A DNA stretch of 64,000 nt, from positions 19,856-83,855 of the forward strand of contig CAZNVL010000001.1 of NCBI GenBank assembly GCA_964576565.1, given 5' to 3'. This DNA comes from an uncultured Flavobacteriaceae bacterium (lineage in GTDB: Bacteria; Bacteroidota; Bacteroidia; B-17B0; Aurantibacillaceae). Both the position numbers and the translations under genes were made by a program. Positions 39,087-49,147 of the stretch are shown here, piece by piece; the stretch's first letter is position 1; every line of letters begins with the position of its first letter. The notes under the pieces were generated by a model that saw only the letters and a list, made by a program, of their open reading frames with translations, was not told where the DNA came from and did not search any database.

Positions 39087-40028
39087 ATGAAATTAAAATT
39101 CGCATTCTTTACAATCTTAAACATACTTTTAGGTCTCATCTTCATTTATTCTGCTTATTCAAAATTATATCCAATAGAACCTTTTGAACTCACCTTTGTA
39201 GAACTTAAAATCGCCAATTGGTACACTGCCCCATTCATTGCTCGTTTTCTCATAAGTATTGAATTTTTTATTGGTATTCTGCTCATTTCAAATCTTAATG
39301 TAAAATTCTCATCAAAATTAGCCATACTTATTTTACTTTTCTTTTGCTTGTATCTCATCGCAGTAATGATTCCTCAAGGCAATAATGGAAACTGCGGTTG
39401 TTTTGGTACCCGTCTTGTAATGACACCACTACAAGCACTCCTTAAAAATAGTTTAATGATAGGATTATTATTGACAATTTATTTTTTTCATGATGGATTA
39501 AAATGGAAAAGGTCTCCTTACTTTATTCTTTTCAATGCCTTAGCATCTCTGGCACTACCTCATATTTTGAATTATGTGGAACTCTCTTATTCCGAACATT
39601 ATCTTGTAAAAAAAGAAAACGCCTATCCTCTCGGACTGGACACTTTATTCAAATACGCCACTCTTCATAAGCCACCCAAAGAACTTAAAAAAGGCAAACA
39701 CATCATTGCTTTTATGAGCTTGACCTGTCCGCATTGCAGAATAGCCGCCAAAAAAATTCGTTTGATGAAAGAACTTAATCCTAATCTTCCATTTTACTTT
39801 GTCTTGAATGGTGAAGAATCGGATTTAAAAAAATTTTTTGAGGATACCCGTGCTACCAATATTCCTTATTGCATATTGTTAGGAAAACCTTTTGTTTACC
39901 TTGCAGGACTTAAACTTCCAGCCATTTATTTTATTCAAAATGATTCTGTTGTCAATCAGGTAAACTATATGGAACTACAACAATCCGAAATTGAAAAATG
40001 GTATAACGATTTTAATTCCCCCAAATGA
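39087..40028 (+). CDS. MauE/DoxX-like membrane domain fused to a thioredoxin-like (TlpA-type) domain
   Basis: Four N-terminal TM helices with a CGCFG motif. The C-terminal domain carries a CPHC redox motif (FMSLTCPHCRIAAKK). Confidence 0.7.
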   Translation: MKLKFAFFTILNILLGLIFIYSAYSKLYPIEPFELTFVELKIANWYTAPFIARFLISIEFFIGILLISNLNVKFSSKLAILILLFFCLYLIAVMIPQGNNGNCGCFGTRLVMTPLQALLKNSLMIGLLLTIYFFHDGLKWKRSPYFILFNALASLALPHILNYVELSYSEHYLVKKENAYPLGLDTLFKYATLHKPPKELKKGKHIIAFMSLTCPHCRIAAKKIRLMKELNPNLPFYFVLNGEESDLKKFFEDTRATNIPYCILLGKPFVYLAGLKLPAIYFIQNDSVVNQVNYMELQQSEIEKWYNDFNSPK

Positions 40029-40645
40029 TTCCTGAAATTTTTTTTCAATACCTGAAAAACTCTGAACTTCCCGGAATATCAGCACACAAAGAAATGAGTT
40101 TTACCAATCGTAATTTTGATAAACCTTCAAATGCCATCCCAAGCGCGGTGTGCCTCTTGCTTTATGAAAACAATCAACAAGTATTTTTTCCTCTGATTAA
40201 AAGAACAAACACTTCACTTCATCACAAAGGACAAATGGCACTTCCCGGCGGAAGATTAGACCCTGATGAAAGCATTGAACAAGGCGCCATCCGTGAATGC
40301 GAAGAAGAAATTGGTGTCCCTAAAAAAGACATTGTTCCTATACGAAGATTAACTGAACTGTACATTCCTGTGAGCAATCATCTTGTTTATCCAATAGTGT
40401 GTTACACTCCCTATCCCCCCACTTTTCAATACAATCCCGACGAAGTAGAAAGAATATTAATTTGCTCTGTTGAAAATCTCCTCCATTTTGAAAAACAACT
40501 CACCAAAGTCCGATTAAAAGATAATTTCACCATTGACGCACCAGCATTTAATTTTCAACAAGAAATCATTTGGGGCGCTACCGCTCTTATCCTCAATGAA
40601 TTCAAACATCTTTTAATTAAATATCCTCAATTCAACAATTTATAA
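40025..40645 (+). CDS. NUDIX hydrolase (CoA pyrophosphatase-like)
   Basis: Nudix box GGRLDPDESIEQGAIRECEEEIGV. ATGA overlap with the upstream gene. Confidence 0.85.
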   Translation: MIPEIFFQYLKNSELPGISAHKEMSFTNRNFDKPSNAIPSAVCLLLYENNQQVFFPLIKRTNTSLHHKGQMALPGGRLDPDESIEQGAIRECEEEIGVPKKDIVPIRRLTELYIPVSNHLVYPIVCYTPYPPTFQYNPDEVERILICSVENLLHFEKQLTKVRLKDNFTIDAPAFNFQQEIIWGATALILNEFKHLLIKYPQFNNL

Positions 40646-40678
40646 ATATCTCACATAATTTTTTTATTTTAATTGCCT

Positions 40679-40686
40679 TATATTTG
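40679..40686 (+). promoter_or_regulatory. Bacteroidetes-type -7 box (TAnnTTTG)
   Basis: TATATTTG lies 22 nt upstream of the ATG at 40709. This supports the long, signal-peptide-bearing form of MsrB. Confidence 0.4.
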
Positions 40687-40708
40687 AACATTAAATTTTC
40701 ATTCGCTA

Positions 40709-41227
40709 ATGAAATATCTATCTTCTATAAGTTTACTACTTTTTACAATATCCTCATTTACTTTTTGTCAAAATCAAAACAAATCTACTATGTCCAAAGA
40801 AAAAATCATCAAATCAGAAGAAGAATGGAAAAAAATTCTCACACCCGAACAATACCACATTTTACGGGAAAAGGGAACTGAACCACCTTTTAGCGGCCAG
40901 TATTATATGCACTTTGAAAAAGGCATTTACAAATGTGCTGCGTGTGGTTATGAACTTTTTACTTCTGATATGAAATTTGAATCCCACTGCGGCTGGCCAA
41001 GTTTTGATAATGAAATAGGCAATAATGATCGGATTCTCAAAAAAACCGATTATAGTCATGGTATGATCCGCACAGAAATACTCTGCGCCCGCTGCGGCTC
41101 ACACCTCGGACACCTTTTTGACGACGGACCCACAGCGACAGGTAAACGTTATTGTGTCAACTCTCTGAGTATTGAATTTGAACCCATTCAAGATACTTCA
41201 AATAACTCTCCTACTCCATCACATTAG
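40709..41227 (+). CDS. msrB: peptide-methionine (R)-S-oxide reductase MsrB, apparently exported
   Basis: Two CxxC zinc motifs (CAACGYELF and CARCGSHLGHLFDDGP) and the catalytic HCGWPSF region. N-terminal leader MKYLSSISLLLFTISSFTFC. Confidence 0.9.
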   Translation: MKYLSSISLLLFTISSFTFCQNQNKSTMSKEKIIKSEEEWKKILTPEQYHILREKGTEPPFSGQYYMHFEKGIYKCAACGYELFTSDMKFESHCGWPSFDNEIGNNDRILKKTDYSHGMIRTEILCARCGSHLGHLFDDGPTATGKRYCVNSLSIEFEPIQDTSNNSPTPSH

Positions 41228-42166
41228 TTGTTTACTTTTTTTAAACTCAATGTAAGGTTGAATATATCTGTCTTTTTTAGATGGATAAATGTCTGCAATG
41301 GTAACCATTAAGCCGGTTTCTTCTACTCCACCAAAACCCGGATTAATAGCCGTTCCAAAGGTTTTCATCGTTGAAGACAAATTCATATAATTATTCACCA
41401 ATGGCGGAATGCGTTCGCCTCTTTTTTTCACTTCGTGTGTCAATTCTAAATGGGCCTCTTTGTAAGGCATTCCCTTGATTTTTTCAATAAACCAACTAAT
41501 ATCGTGCTCAATTTCTATTGGATAAATCGGCTTTACAAGACGTTCATTATCCGGGAAAAAATATCTCATAAAACCTAATATCAAATCTCTTGCTTCTCTA
41601 TTAAAATGTGTGTACATCGTTACTTTTCCAAAAAAATAACGCATTTCAGGATAATCTACCACCAAGGCCCCTAATCCATCCCACAAGTTATCCAAACTAA
41701 ACAAACCTTTTCTATAATCTTCTGTTGGCTGATACTTCGGTTGAATAAACGAACGACCTAATTCAATCGTATAGGGGGCATATTCTTTAATAAATTTTTC
41801 ACTAAAATGAAATAACTCAGAAGTAGCAAGATGTAATTGACTATTGTGCAGGGCATTCTTACAAAGTATAAACCTATAAGAGCCCACAATCTCTTTATCT
41901 TCAGGATTCCATACAATCAATTGTTCATAACAATTTTGAGAAGTGTCGAACTCATCTAAATCTATTGATTTTCCCGTGCCACCGCCCGCATGACGAAACG
42001 TAACTTCTCTTAATCTTCCAATTTCTCTCAAAACATTCGGCGCATTATGATAATTCACTATGTAAATTTCATTTTTTCCATTTTTAGTGAAACGAATAAA
42101 CTTATCTTTAGTCAATTCTGCTATTAAAATTTCTTTATGAACGGGCTCAACAATGTTTTCTACCAT
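41219..42166 (-). CDS. GNAT-family N-acyltransferase (hemolysin-like; N-acyl amino acid/glycine-lipid synthase type)
   Basis: The start is set to the ATG at 42166 (MVENIVEPVHKEIL...). The family is recognised from its overall pattern (...VTFRHAGGGTGKSIDLDEFD...YRFILCK...). The assignment is tentative. Confidence 0.7.
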   Translation of the reverse strand: MVENIVEPVHKEILIAELTKDKFIRFTKNGKNEIYIVNYHNAPNVLREIGRLREVTFRHAGGGTGKSIDLDEFDTSQNCYEQLIVWNPEDKEIVGSYRFILCKNALHNSQLHLATSELFHFSEKFIKEYAPYTIELGRSFIQPKYQPTEDYRKGLFSLDNLWDGLGALVVDYPEMRYFFGKVTMYTHFNREARDLILGFMRYFFPDNERLVKPIYPIEIEHDISWFIEKIKGMPYKEAHLELTHEVKKRGERIPPLVNNYMNLSSTMKTFGTAINPGFGGVEETGLMVTIADIYPSKKDRYIQPYIEFKKSKQLM

Positions 42167-42293
42167 TGATTCCTCAATTTGATGCAATAATACAGAATAT
42201 GAAATATACATAAAAATAAAAAGTATAAAAGTAAGCAAAGCACTATCATTGAAAATATAGAACAAACAAGGATTATTTAGTACTTTTGTGGCG

Positions 42294-43058
42294 ATGAGTG
42301 CGAAAAAAAAATTAATTGTATATTGCTTTGCCAGCATGTTTTTAAGAACAATTGCCCAACTCACTTATGACTCTTCACTCGCAGTGCCCTATTTTCAGGT
42401 ACACACGTCTTTTCAAATACCTTTTGCCGAATTAAGTAAACGATTCGGCAACAACATGAGCATAGGCGGCGCCGCTACCTATAAACTGAAAAATAACTCC
42501 CTGCTGGCCTTAGATGGAAACTATATTTTCGGAAAAAACGTAAAAGAAGACGTATTGGTTCAACTTAAAACCTCTACCCCCAGCGGCGAAAGCTTTGTCA
42601 TTGACAACGAAGGTTATCCTGCGGACTTGAGAATCAGTGAAAGAGGATGGAACCTGACACTTAATTTTGGTAAAATCTTCTACATCGGTGGTAACAACAA
42701 AAACAGAGGTATTCATTATCAAATTGGTGTGGGCTATTTTCAACATAAAATAAAATTATACGATGCCCAACAACGAATAGCCGCCATCAAAGGCGACAGA
42801 GTGAAAGGATACGATCGTTTGTCAATAGGCGGATGTGTATATAATTATTTAGGATACACTTACCTCTCATCCAACAGATTCGTAAACTTTACTATTGGAA
42901 TAGAAATGTATTACGCTATTACTAAAAATGTCCGCTATTATGATTACGCCACCATGTCAGTAGATAATAAAATACGACACGATGTTCTTGCCGGCATAAA
43001 ATTTGGTTGGATTTTACCCATTTACCGAAAAGCCGATGGCCTCTTTTTTTATGATTAA
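42294..43058 (+). CDS. outer-membrane beta-barrel-like protein, function unknown
   Basis: The ATG at 42294 gives the signal peptide MSAKKKLIVYCFASMFLRTIAQ. Alternating-strand pattern. Confidence 0.55.
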   Translation: MSAKKKLIVYCFASMFLRTIAQLTYDSSLAVPYFQVHTSFQIPFAELSKRFGNNMSIGGAATYKLKNNSLLALDGNYIFGKNVKEDVLVQLKTSTPSGESFVIDNEGYPADLRISERGWNLTLNFGKIFYIGGNNKNRGIHYQIGVGYFQHKIKLYDAQQRIAAIKGDRVKGYDRLSIGGCVYNYLGYTYLSSNRFVNFTIGIEMYYAITKNVRYYDYATMSVDNKIRHDVLAGIKFGWILPIYRKADGLFFYD

Positions 43059-43060
43059 AT

Positions 43061-44347
43061 ATGATGTTTGTGTACAACGTCTCTATTCGCATTCTTATTG
43101 GGATTATCCGGGTAGCTTCTTTTTTCAATACTAAAGCACGCTTTGCTATACAAGGAAGAAAACACTGGAGAGAAAAATTAAAAGCCATTCTGAAAAACAA
43201 TAACGCACCCATTATCTGGTTTCACGTCTCCTCCTTAGGCGAGTTTGAACAAGCAAGACCCCTTATTATTCAAATTAAATCATCGTATCCTCACTATAAA
43301 ATACTTCTAACTTTTTTTTCACCTTCTGGATTTAACGCTCGGAAAAATTTTGAATATGCCGACTATGTTTTTTATTTACCCTATGATACACCTGCGAATG
43401 CCCGCGATTTTTTGAAAATAGTCCAACCCTCTTATGTGTTTTTTGTAAAATACGAATTCTGGTTAAACTTTCTGAATGCCATTCAAAAAAGCAAAAAAGA
43501 AAGATCGCTGAACTGCTTTTTGGTGTCCTCTATATTCCGAAAACATCAACCCTTCTTCAAGTGGTATGGCAGTATTTTTAGAAAAGCGCTTTTGGTATTT
43601 GACACCATCTTTGTACAAGATGAATTATCCGTTAAACTCTTAAAAAAAATTGGAATCACCAATAATGTTGTATTATCTGGTGACACAAGAGTAGACCGCG
43701 TAATAGAAATAGCACATCAAAACGTAAACTTTCCGGAAATAGAATCCTTTTGTAAAGATCATTTTGTACTCATTGGCGGTAGTACCTGGCCACCCGACGA
43801 ACAAATTTTAATACCGGCCTTTTATGACTTAAAACAATCCAACTCAAACATTCGTTGCATCATCGCACCACATCAAACAAATGAAAAATCAATACAAAAA
43901 ATTATCTCCCTGCTGCAAAACTTTCAATTAAAATACCTCCGCTATACACAACTTCAAAATTATAGCAGTGAAGAACTAAATTCTGCCGATGTATTACTCA
44001 TAGATACCATCGGAATACTCAATAAAATATACCGCTTTGCACATGTTGCCTATATTGGTGGGGGCTTCTCGGATGGTATTCATAATATTTTAGAACCAGC
44101 AGTATATGGACTTCCTGTTTTGTTTGGTAAAAAACATGAAAAATTCTATGAAGCAGCCGAATTACTGAAAACAAAAGCAGCATTTGAAATTCACAACAAA
44201 GATGACCTGCGGATACAAGTATCAGAATGGATGAATAAAAAAGAAATCTATAAAAACGCTCAAAACGCTTTACAAAAATTTATCACTACCCATCAGGGCG
44301 CTGTTGAAAAAACCATGAAGGTATTAGAAAGTTACTGGGCTAAATAA
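43061..44347 (+). CDS. waaA: 3-deoxy-D-manno-octulosonic acid (Kdo) transferase
   Basis: N-terminal anchor plus WFHVSSLGEFEQARPLI. The C-terminal GT-B half contains YIGGGFSDGIHNILEPAVYGLPVLFG. Confidence 0.85.
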   Translation: MMFVYNVSIRILIGIIRVASFFNTKARFAIQGRKHWREKLKAILKNNNAPIIWFHVSSLGEFEQARPLIIQIKSSYPHYKILLTFFSPSGFNARKNFEYADYVFYLPYDTPANARDFLKIVQPSYVFFVKYEFWLNFLNAIQKSKKERSLNCFLVSSIFRKHQPFFKWYGSIFRKALLVFDTIFVQDELSVKLLKKIGITNNVVLSGDTRVDRVIEIAHQNVNFPEIESFCKDHFVLIGGSTWPPDEQILIPAFYDLKQSNSNIRCIIAPHQTNEKSIQKIISLLQNFQLKYLRYTQLQNYSSEELNSADVLLIDTIGILNKIYRFAHVAYIGGGFSDGIHNILEPAVYGLPVLFGKKHEKFYEAAELLKTKAAFEIHNKDDLRIQVSEWMNKKEIYKNAQNALQKFITTHQGAVEKTMKVLESYWAK

Positions 44348-44366
44348 AATGCACTATTATTTAAAT

Positions 44367-45275
44367 TCAAGAGAGCACTTGTAATGCCGAAGGTAAAATG
44401 TTTATTTTAAACGAAGGAAAAACAGAACTTATTACTTGTGGCTCACCATCTATATGGTAATACATAAAATCAGAAGAAAGAATATGCACTCCCATTTCTT
44501 TAAACTTACAAAACTGCATCGGCTTCTTCTCTTTTTTTCTTAAAACGTTAAACAATACATAAGGATACTGAAAAAAAGAAACCTTTTTCAATAGTACAAC
44601 ATTTAAAAACCCATCGTTTACCCGCGCTGAAGGAGATAAATAAAAGTCATTACCATACTGCGGTATATTCATTACAGACAGGACTAAAAAATTTTGTTCA
44701 GGACACATTTCAGAATCAACTTCTATTCTCGCCTTTATACTCTTATGAAAAAAAATCTGTTTAAATGCAGCCAATAAATAGCCCAATAACCCTCTTATTT
44801 TTTGATGCTCAAAGCGATATGCAATTGGTGCATCAACCCCAAAGCCCACTGCACAGGAAAAATAATGATAACATTTTTCTGAACCTTTTTCTATTGTAAT
44901 TTTTCCAACATCTATCTTTTGAACAGTGTTTTTTTCTATTAATGCTAAGGCCCGTAACGGATGTAAGGGAATATTCAATGTCCTTGCTAGCCCATTCCCT
45001 GAACCAGACGGAAGAATGCCTAATATCTTAGCTTGTTCTATTATTACCGGTAAAAAACTATGGATGGTACCATCTCCACCACTCACCACAATATAACGAT
45101 ACTTCTTACTTTGACTCAATTCTATAGCCCTTGAAAAATCTTCTCTTTCCTTCACAATAAAAAGAGTAGAACCCGGAAATCTTTTCTCGATTTCCTGTAT
45201 CAAATGTGCTCTTTGTCTCTCCTTTCCAGAACGCAAATTAATCACAAACAAATGTTCTACATATTTTTCAGACAT
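44367..45275 (-). CDS. diacylglycerol/lipid kinase family protein (YegS-like)
   Basis: The ATG at 45275 is used. GGDGT motif (VVSGGDGTIHSF) and the GSGNGLAR segment. Confidence 0.8.
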   Translation of the reverse strand: MSEKYVEHLFVINLRSGKERQRAHLIQEIEKRFPGSTLFIVKEREDFSRAIELSQSKKYRYIVVSGGDGTIHSFLPVIIEQAKILGILPSGSGNGLARTLNIPLHPLRALALIEKNTVQKIDVGKITIEKGSEKCYHYFSCAVGFGVDAPIAYRFEHQKIRGLLGYLLAAFKQIFFHKSIKARIEVDSEMCPEQNFLVLSVMNIPQYGNDFYLSPSARVNDGFLNVVLLKKVSFFQYPYVLFNVLRKKEKKPMQFCKFKEMGVHILSSDFMYYHIDGEPQVISSVFPSFKINILPSALQVLS

Positions 45276-45415
45276 ATAATACGTACACTGGTATGCCTGC
45301 GAAAATAACAAATCAAAAGCAGAACATCTAAAAAGAACCCGCCAACACACTGCTAAATAAATCTTTTCAAATAGTTTAATTTTCCTTAACTTGCAAGCAA
45401 TTATTGAAACCCTTT

Positions 45416-48226
45416 ATGCTCACAAAAAACTCCGATAAAAAAATATTTCTGGTAGACGCAATGGCTTTAATATACCGCTCGTATTTTGCTTTTATTCGCA
45501 ATCCACTCATCAATTCAAAAGGACTCAACACCTCCGCCGCATTTGGATTTACTAATTCACTTCTAAACGTTTTGAAAAATGAACAACCCACACACATAGC
45601 CATTGCCTTTGATACAAAAGCCCCCACAGAACGACACATTCAATTTAAAGAGTACAAAGCACAAAGACCCGAAACTCCGGAAGACATCTTAAACAATTTA
45701 CCCTATATTCATAAAATTATTGACGGTTTAAACATGCACTCTGTATCTTTAGATGGCTACGAAGCAGACGACATTATTGGCACAATGGCGGTGGAATTAA
45801 GCAAGAAGGGCTTTACCGTTTACATAATGTCAGCAGATAAAGATTACGGCCAATTGTTGAATGAACACATCTTTATCTATAAGCCCGGAAGAAGCGGTGA
45901 TGATGCAGAAATTTTAGACACTCAAAAAGTATGTGAAAAATGGCAAATACACCATCCTCAACAAATCATTGATATTCTCGGACTTATGGGCGACACATCC
46001 GATAATATCCCCGGCGTGCCCGGTATCGGAGAAAAAACAGCCGCACAACTCATCCAACAATTTGGAACAATTGAAACCATCTATGAAAAAATCAACGAAG
46101 TAAAAGGAAAATTAAAAGACAAATTAAGTACAAACAAAGAACAAGCGTTTTTATCCAAACAATTAGCCACTATTAATACCAATGTCCCTCTCACCTACTC
46201 CATCGAGGAATTAAAAGTTAAACCCATTCATAAAGAAAAATTATTAGAAGTATTCAAAGAACTTGAATTCAAAAAACTTGCAGCACAAGTATTAGAATGG
46301 GGAAAAGAAATAGACAAAAATCCGCCTTCTTTATTTGAAAATAACCCACAACATTCAGAAATAAAAAAATCTGCAACACAGAATATAACCCACTATACCT
46401 CTGAGTTTAAAACCATTCAGAATACCCCACACCAGTACCATCTCATAGAACGACAACACGATAAACATTTTAATGAACTTCTTCAATTATTGGAACAACA
46501 CACATACTTTGCTTTTGACACAGAAACCACCTCCCTAAATCCCTTAACAGCAGAACTGGTAGGAATGTCCTTTGCTTTTGAACCTCACACAGCTTATTAC
46601 ATTCATTTGTTTAACAACCCTGAAGCCGAAAACATCTTAAATGAATTAAAAAAATATTTTCTAAACCCTCACAAAATTTTCATTGGTCAAAATATCAAAT
46701 ACGATTTTCACGTATTAAACAACCACCACATCCCGGTCCGCTGTCAATTATGGGATACAATGGTAGCGCATTTTCTCATACATCCGGATGACAATAAACA
46801 CAATCTGAATTATTTGTCTGAAACCTATTTAAACTATACACCAATAAAAATAGATACACTGATTGGCAGCAAAAAAAACGGACAATTAAGCATGAGTATA
46901 TTAGACGGCAATGCTATAAAAGATTATGCTGCCGAAGATGCCGATATGGCTTTACAACTCAAAAATGTTTTAGAACCCAAATTAAAAACCACCCAAACAG
47001 AAGAGATATTTACAAACATTGAAATGCCTTTAATACCTGTATTAGTAGAAATGGAACGCAATGGCATTAAATTAGACGTCAACTTTTTACACCAATTGTC
47101 TGAAAAAATTGAACAACAAATCAAAGAAGTAGAAAAAAAAATCTATTCATACGCCGGCACACACTTTAACATCTCCTCCCCAAAACAAGTCGGAGAAATT
47201 CTTTTTGAACACCTTAAAATTGATGAAGCCCCTAAAAAAACTAAAACAGGCCAATACGCTACCAGTGAAGAAGTGTTAATAAAACTTCAACACAAACACA
47301 AAATCGTAGAAGAAATATTGAATTATAGAGAATTGACAAAACTAAAAACTACTTATGTAGATGCCTTACCAAAACTTATCAATCCTAAAACCAAACGTTT
47401 ACATACCACTTTTCATCAAACCATTGCTGCTACCGGAAGATTAAGCAGCGATAACCCCAATTTACAAAACATCCCCATTCGTTCAGAATTGGGACAACTC
47501 GTCAGAAAAGCATTTGTAGTAACCGATGCGCAGCACGTTTTATTAAGTGCCGACTATTCTCAAATTGAATTAAGAATTGTGGCCGCTTTAAGTAAAGATG
47601 AATCCATGATAGAAGCATTTCGCCTCCATAAAGACATTCACACGTCCACGGCTTCGAAAATTTACAACATCCCAGAAAGTGCAGTAACCAAAGAAATGCG
47701 ACGTAAAGCCAAAAGCGTCAACTTTGGAATTATTTACGGACAAGGTGCATTCGGATTAGCCGAAAACCTTGGTATTTCCAGAACAGAAGCAAAAAACTTA
47801 ATACAAAATTATTTTCAGAACTATCCCAAAATCAAACAACTAATGGACACCCTCATTCAAAAGGCAAAAGAAAAAGAATACACAGAAACCTTGATGGGCA
47901 GAAAACGATGGTTGCCCGACATTCGTTCATCCAATGCCAATGTACGGGCTAATGCAGAACGAATCGCTATCAATACACCCATACAAGGCACTGCCGCCGA
48001 TATGATTAAAATAGCCATGATTTCCATTTTTCAAAAAATAAAAAAACTACAATTAAAATCTAAATTACTTTTGCAGATACACGACGAATTGCTTTTTGAA
48101 GTACCCAAAAATGAAATTGAAATAATGAAAGAAATCACAAAAACTGAAATGCAAAACGCATTGCCACTAGAAGTGCCTGTCGAAGTCAATATCGGTATCG
48201 GACCAAACTGGTTAGACGCTCATTAA
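45416..48226 (+). CDS. polA: DNA polymerase I
   Basis: 5'-nuclease N-terminus (LVDAMALIYRSYFAF), a 3'-5' exonuclease region (FAFDTETTSL), and polymerase motifs (DYSQIELRIVA, QIHDELLFE). Confidence 0.95.
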   Translation: MLTKNSDKKIFLVDAMALIYRSYFAFIRNPLINSKGLNTSAAFGFTNSLLNVLKNEQPTHIAIAFDTKAPTERHIQFKEYKAQRPETPEDILNNLPYIHKIIDGLNMHSVSLDGYEADDIIGTMAVELSKKGFTVYIMSADKDYGQLLNEHIFIYKPGRSGDDAEILDTQKVCEKWQIHHPQQIIDILGLMGDTSDNIPGVPGIGEKTAAQLIQQFGTIETIYEKINEVKGKLKDKLSTNKEQAFLSKQLATINTNVPLTYSIEELKVKPIHKEKLLEVFKELEFKKLAAQVLEWGKEIDKNPPSLFENNPQHSEIKKSATQNITHYTSEFKTIQNTPHQYHLIERQHDKHFNELLQLLEQHTYFAFDTETTSLNPLTAELVGMSFAFEPHTAYYIHLFNNPEAENILNELKKYFLNPHKIFIGQNIKYDFHVLNNHHIPVRCQLWDTMVAHFLIHPDDNKHNLNYLSETYLNYTPIKIDTLIGSKKNGQLSMSILDGNAIKDYAAEDADMALQLKNVLEPKLKTTQTEEIFTNIEMPLIPVLVEMERNGIKLDVNFLHQLSEKIEQQIKEVEKKIYSYAGTHFNISSPKQVGEILFEHLKIDEAPKKTKTGQYATSEEVLIKLQHKHKIVEEILNYRELTKLKTTYVDALPKLINPKTKRLHTTFHQTIAATGRLSSDNPNLQNIPIRSELGQLVRKAFVVTDAQHVLLSADYSQIELRIVAALSKDESMIEAFRLHKDIHTSTASKIYNIPESAVTKEMRRKAKSVNFGIIYGQGAFGLAENLGISRTEAKNLIQNYFQNYPKIKQLMDTLIQKAKEKEYTETLMGRKRWLPDIRSSNANVRANAERIAINTPIQGTAADMIKIAMISIFQKIKKLQLKSKLLLQIHDELLFEVPKNEIEIMKEITKTEMQNALPLEVPVEVNIGIGPNWLDAH

Positions 48227-48244
48227 CACTATAAACTAAAATCT

Positions 48245-49138
48245 ATGAACGTCGCTTTATATGCCAGAGAAACAGTAGCTAATAAACCAGAATACATACT
48301 GGCTATTTATAACAAACTAAAAGAATACAACAATTCCTTATTCATCTACGAACCATTTTATCATTTTTTAAAAAAGAATTTTGACTTAAAAATAAAAACA
48401 CCTCTTATTAGCACAAACGCCGATTTCATAAACCATCACATCGATTTACTAATTAGTTTGGGCGGCGATGGAACATTATTAGAAACCTTGTCTTTAATAA
48501 AAAAACTACCCATCCCTGTATTTGGCATAAACACAGGCAAGTTAGGATTTTTAACCTACGACTTTAATCACAACATTACCGACGCCATTGACTTAATCAT
48601 TCAAAAAAAATATACGATTGAAAAAAGAAATCTTATTGAACTCACTTACCCACAGATTGAAAACAAAAACGCTATTAACTTCGCATTAAACGAAATTGTG
48701 ATTCATAAAAAAGATACCAGCTCCATGCTGTATATTGATGTATTAATTGATAATGCACAACTTACCACATTTTTTGCCGATGGTGTTATTGTATCCACCG
48801 CCACTGGCTCTACGGCTTACTCACTCAGTTGCGGCGGACCTATTCTGGAACCCGGTCTAAATGCCATGATTATTACCCCAATCGCTTCACATTCCCTTAA
48901 TGCACGACCAATTGTTATTTCCAATCAACACGTTCTTTCTTTCAGAATTTATGGCCGAAATCCTCAATACACGCTTTCCTTAGATTCAAAAGTTTATACA
49001 CCTTCCATAGATTTTACAAAAGAGTTTATAAAAATTTCCAAACCGGCTCAACTGTTTCATTTAGTCGTACCACATCCCTACCACTTTTTTGATTCCTTGC
49101 GAAATAAATTATATTGGGGAAGTGATAAACGTTTCTGA
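48245..49138 (+). CDS. nadK: NAD kinase
   Basis: GGDGTLL motif and the conserved ADGVIVSTATGSTAYSLSCGGPI. Confidence 0.9.
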   Translation: MNVALYARETVANKPEYILAIYNKLKEYNNSLFIYEPFYHFLKKNFDLKIKTPLISTNADFINHHIDLLISLGGDGTLLETLSLIKKLPIPVFGINTGKLGFLTYDFNHNITDAIDLIIQKKYTIEKRNLIELTYPQIENKNAINFALNEIVIHKKDTSSMLYIDVLIDNAQLTTFFADGVIVSTATGSTAYSLSCGGPILEPGLNAMIITPIASHSLNARPIVISNQHVLSFRIYGRNPQYTLSLDSKVYTPSIDFTKEFIKISKPAQLFHLVVPHPYHFFDSLRNKLYWGSDKRF

Positions 49139-49147
49139 TAAAATTCT

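Noticed and set aside
40684-41059. ORFs 40684-40881 (+) and 40862-41059 (-) overlapping msrB
   Set aside because: They are an alternate frame and an antisense frame of a motif-supported CDS.
45376-45639. 87-aa minus-strand ORF overlapping the polA start
   Set aside because: It is antisense to the conserved polA 5'-nuclease N-terminus. The lipid-kinase gene upstream is better served by the ATG at 45275.
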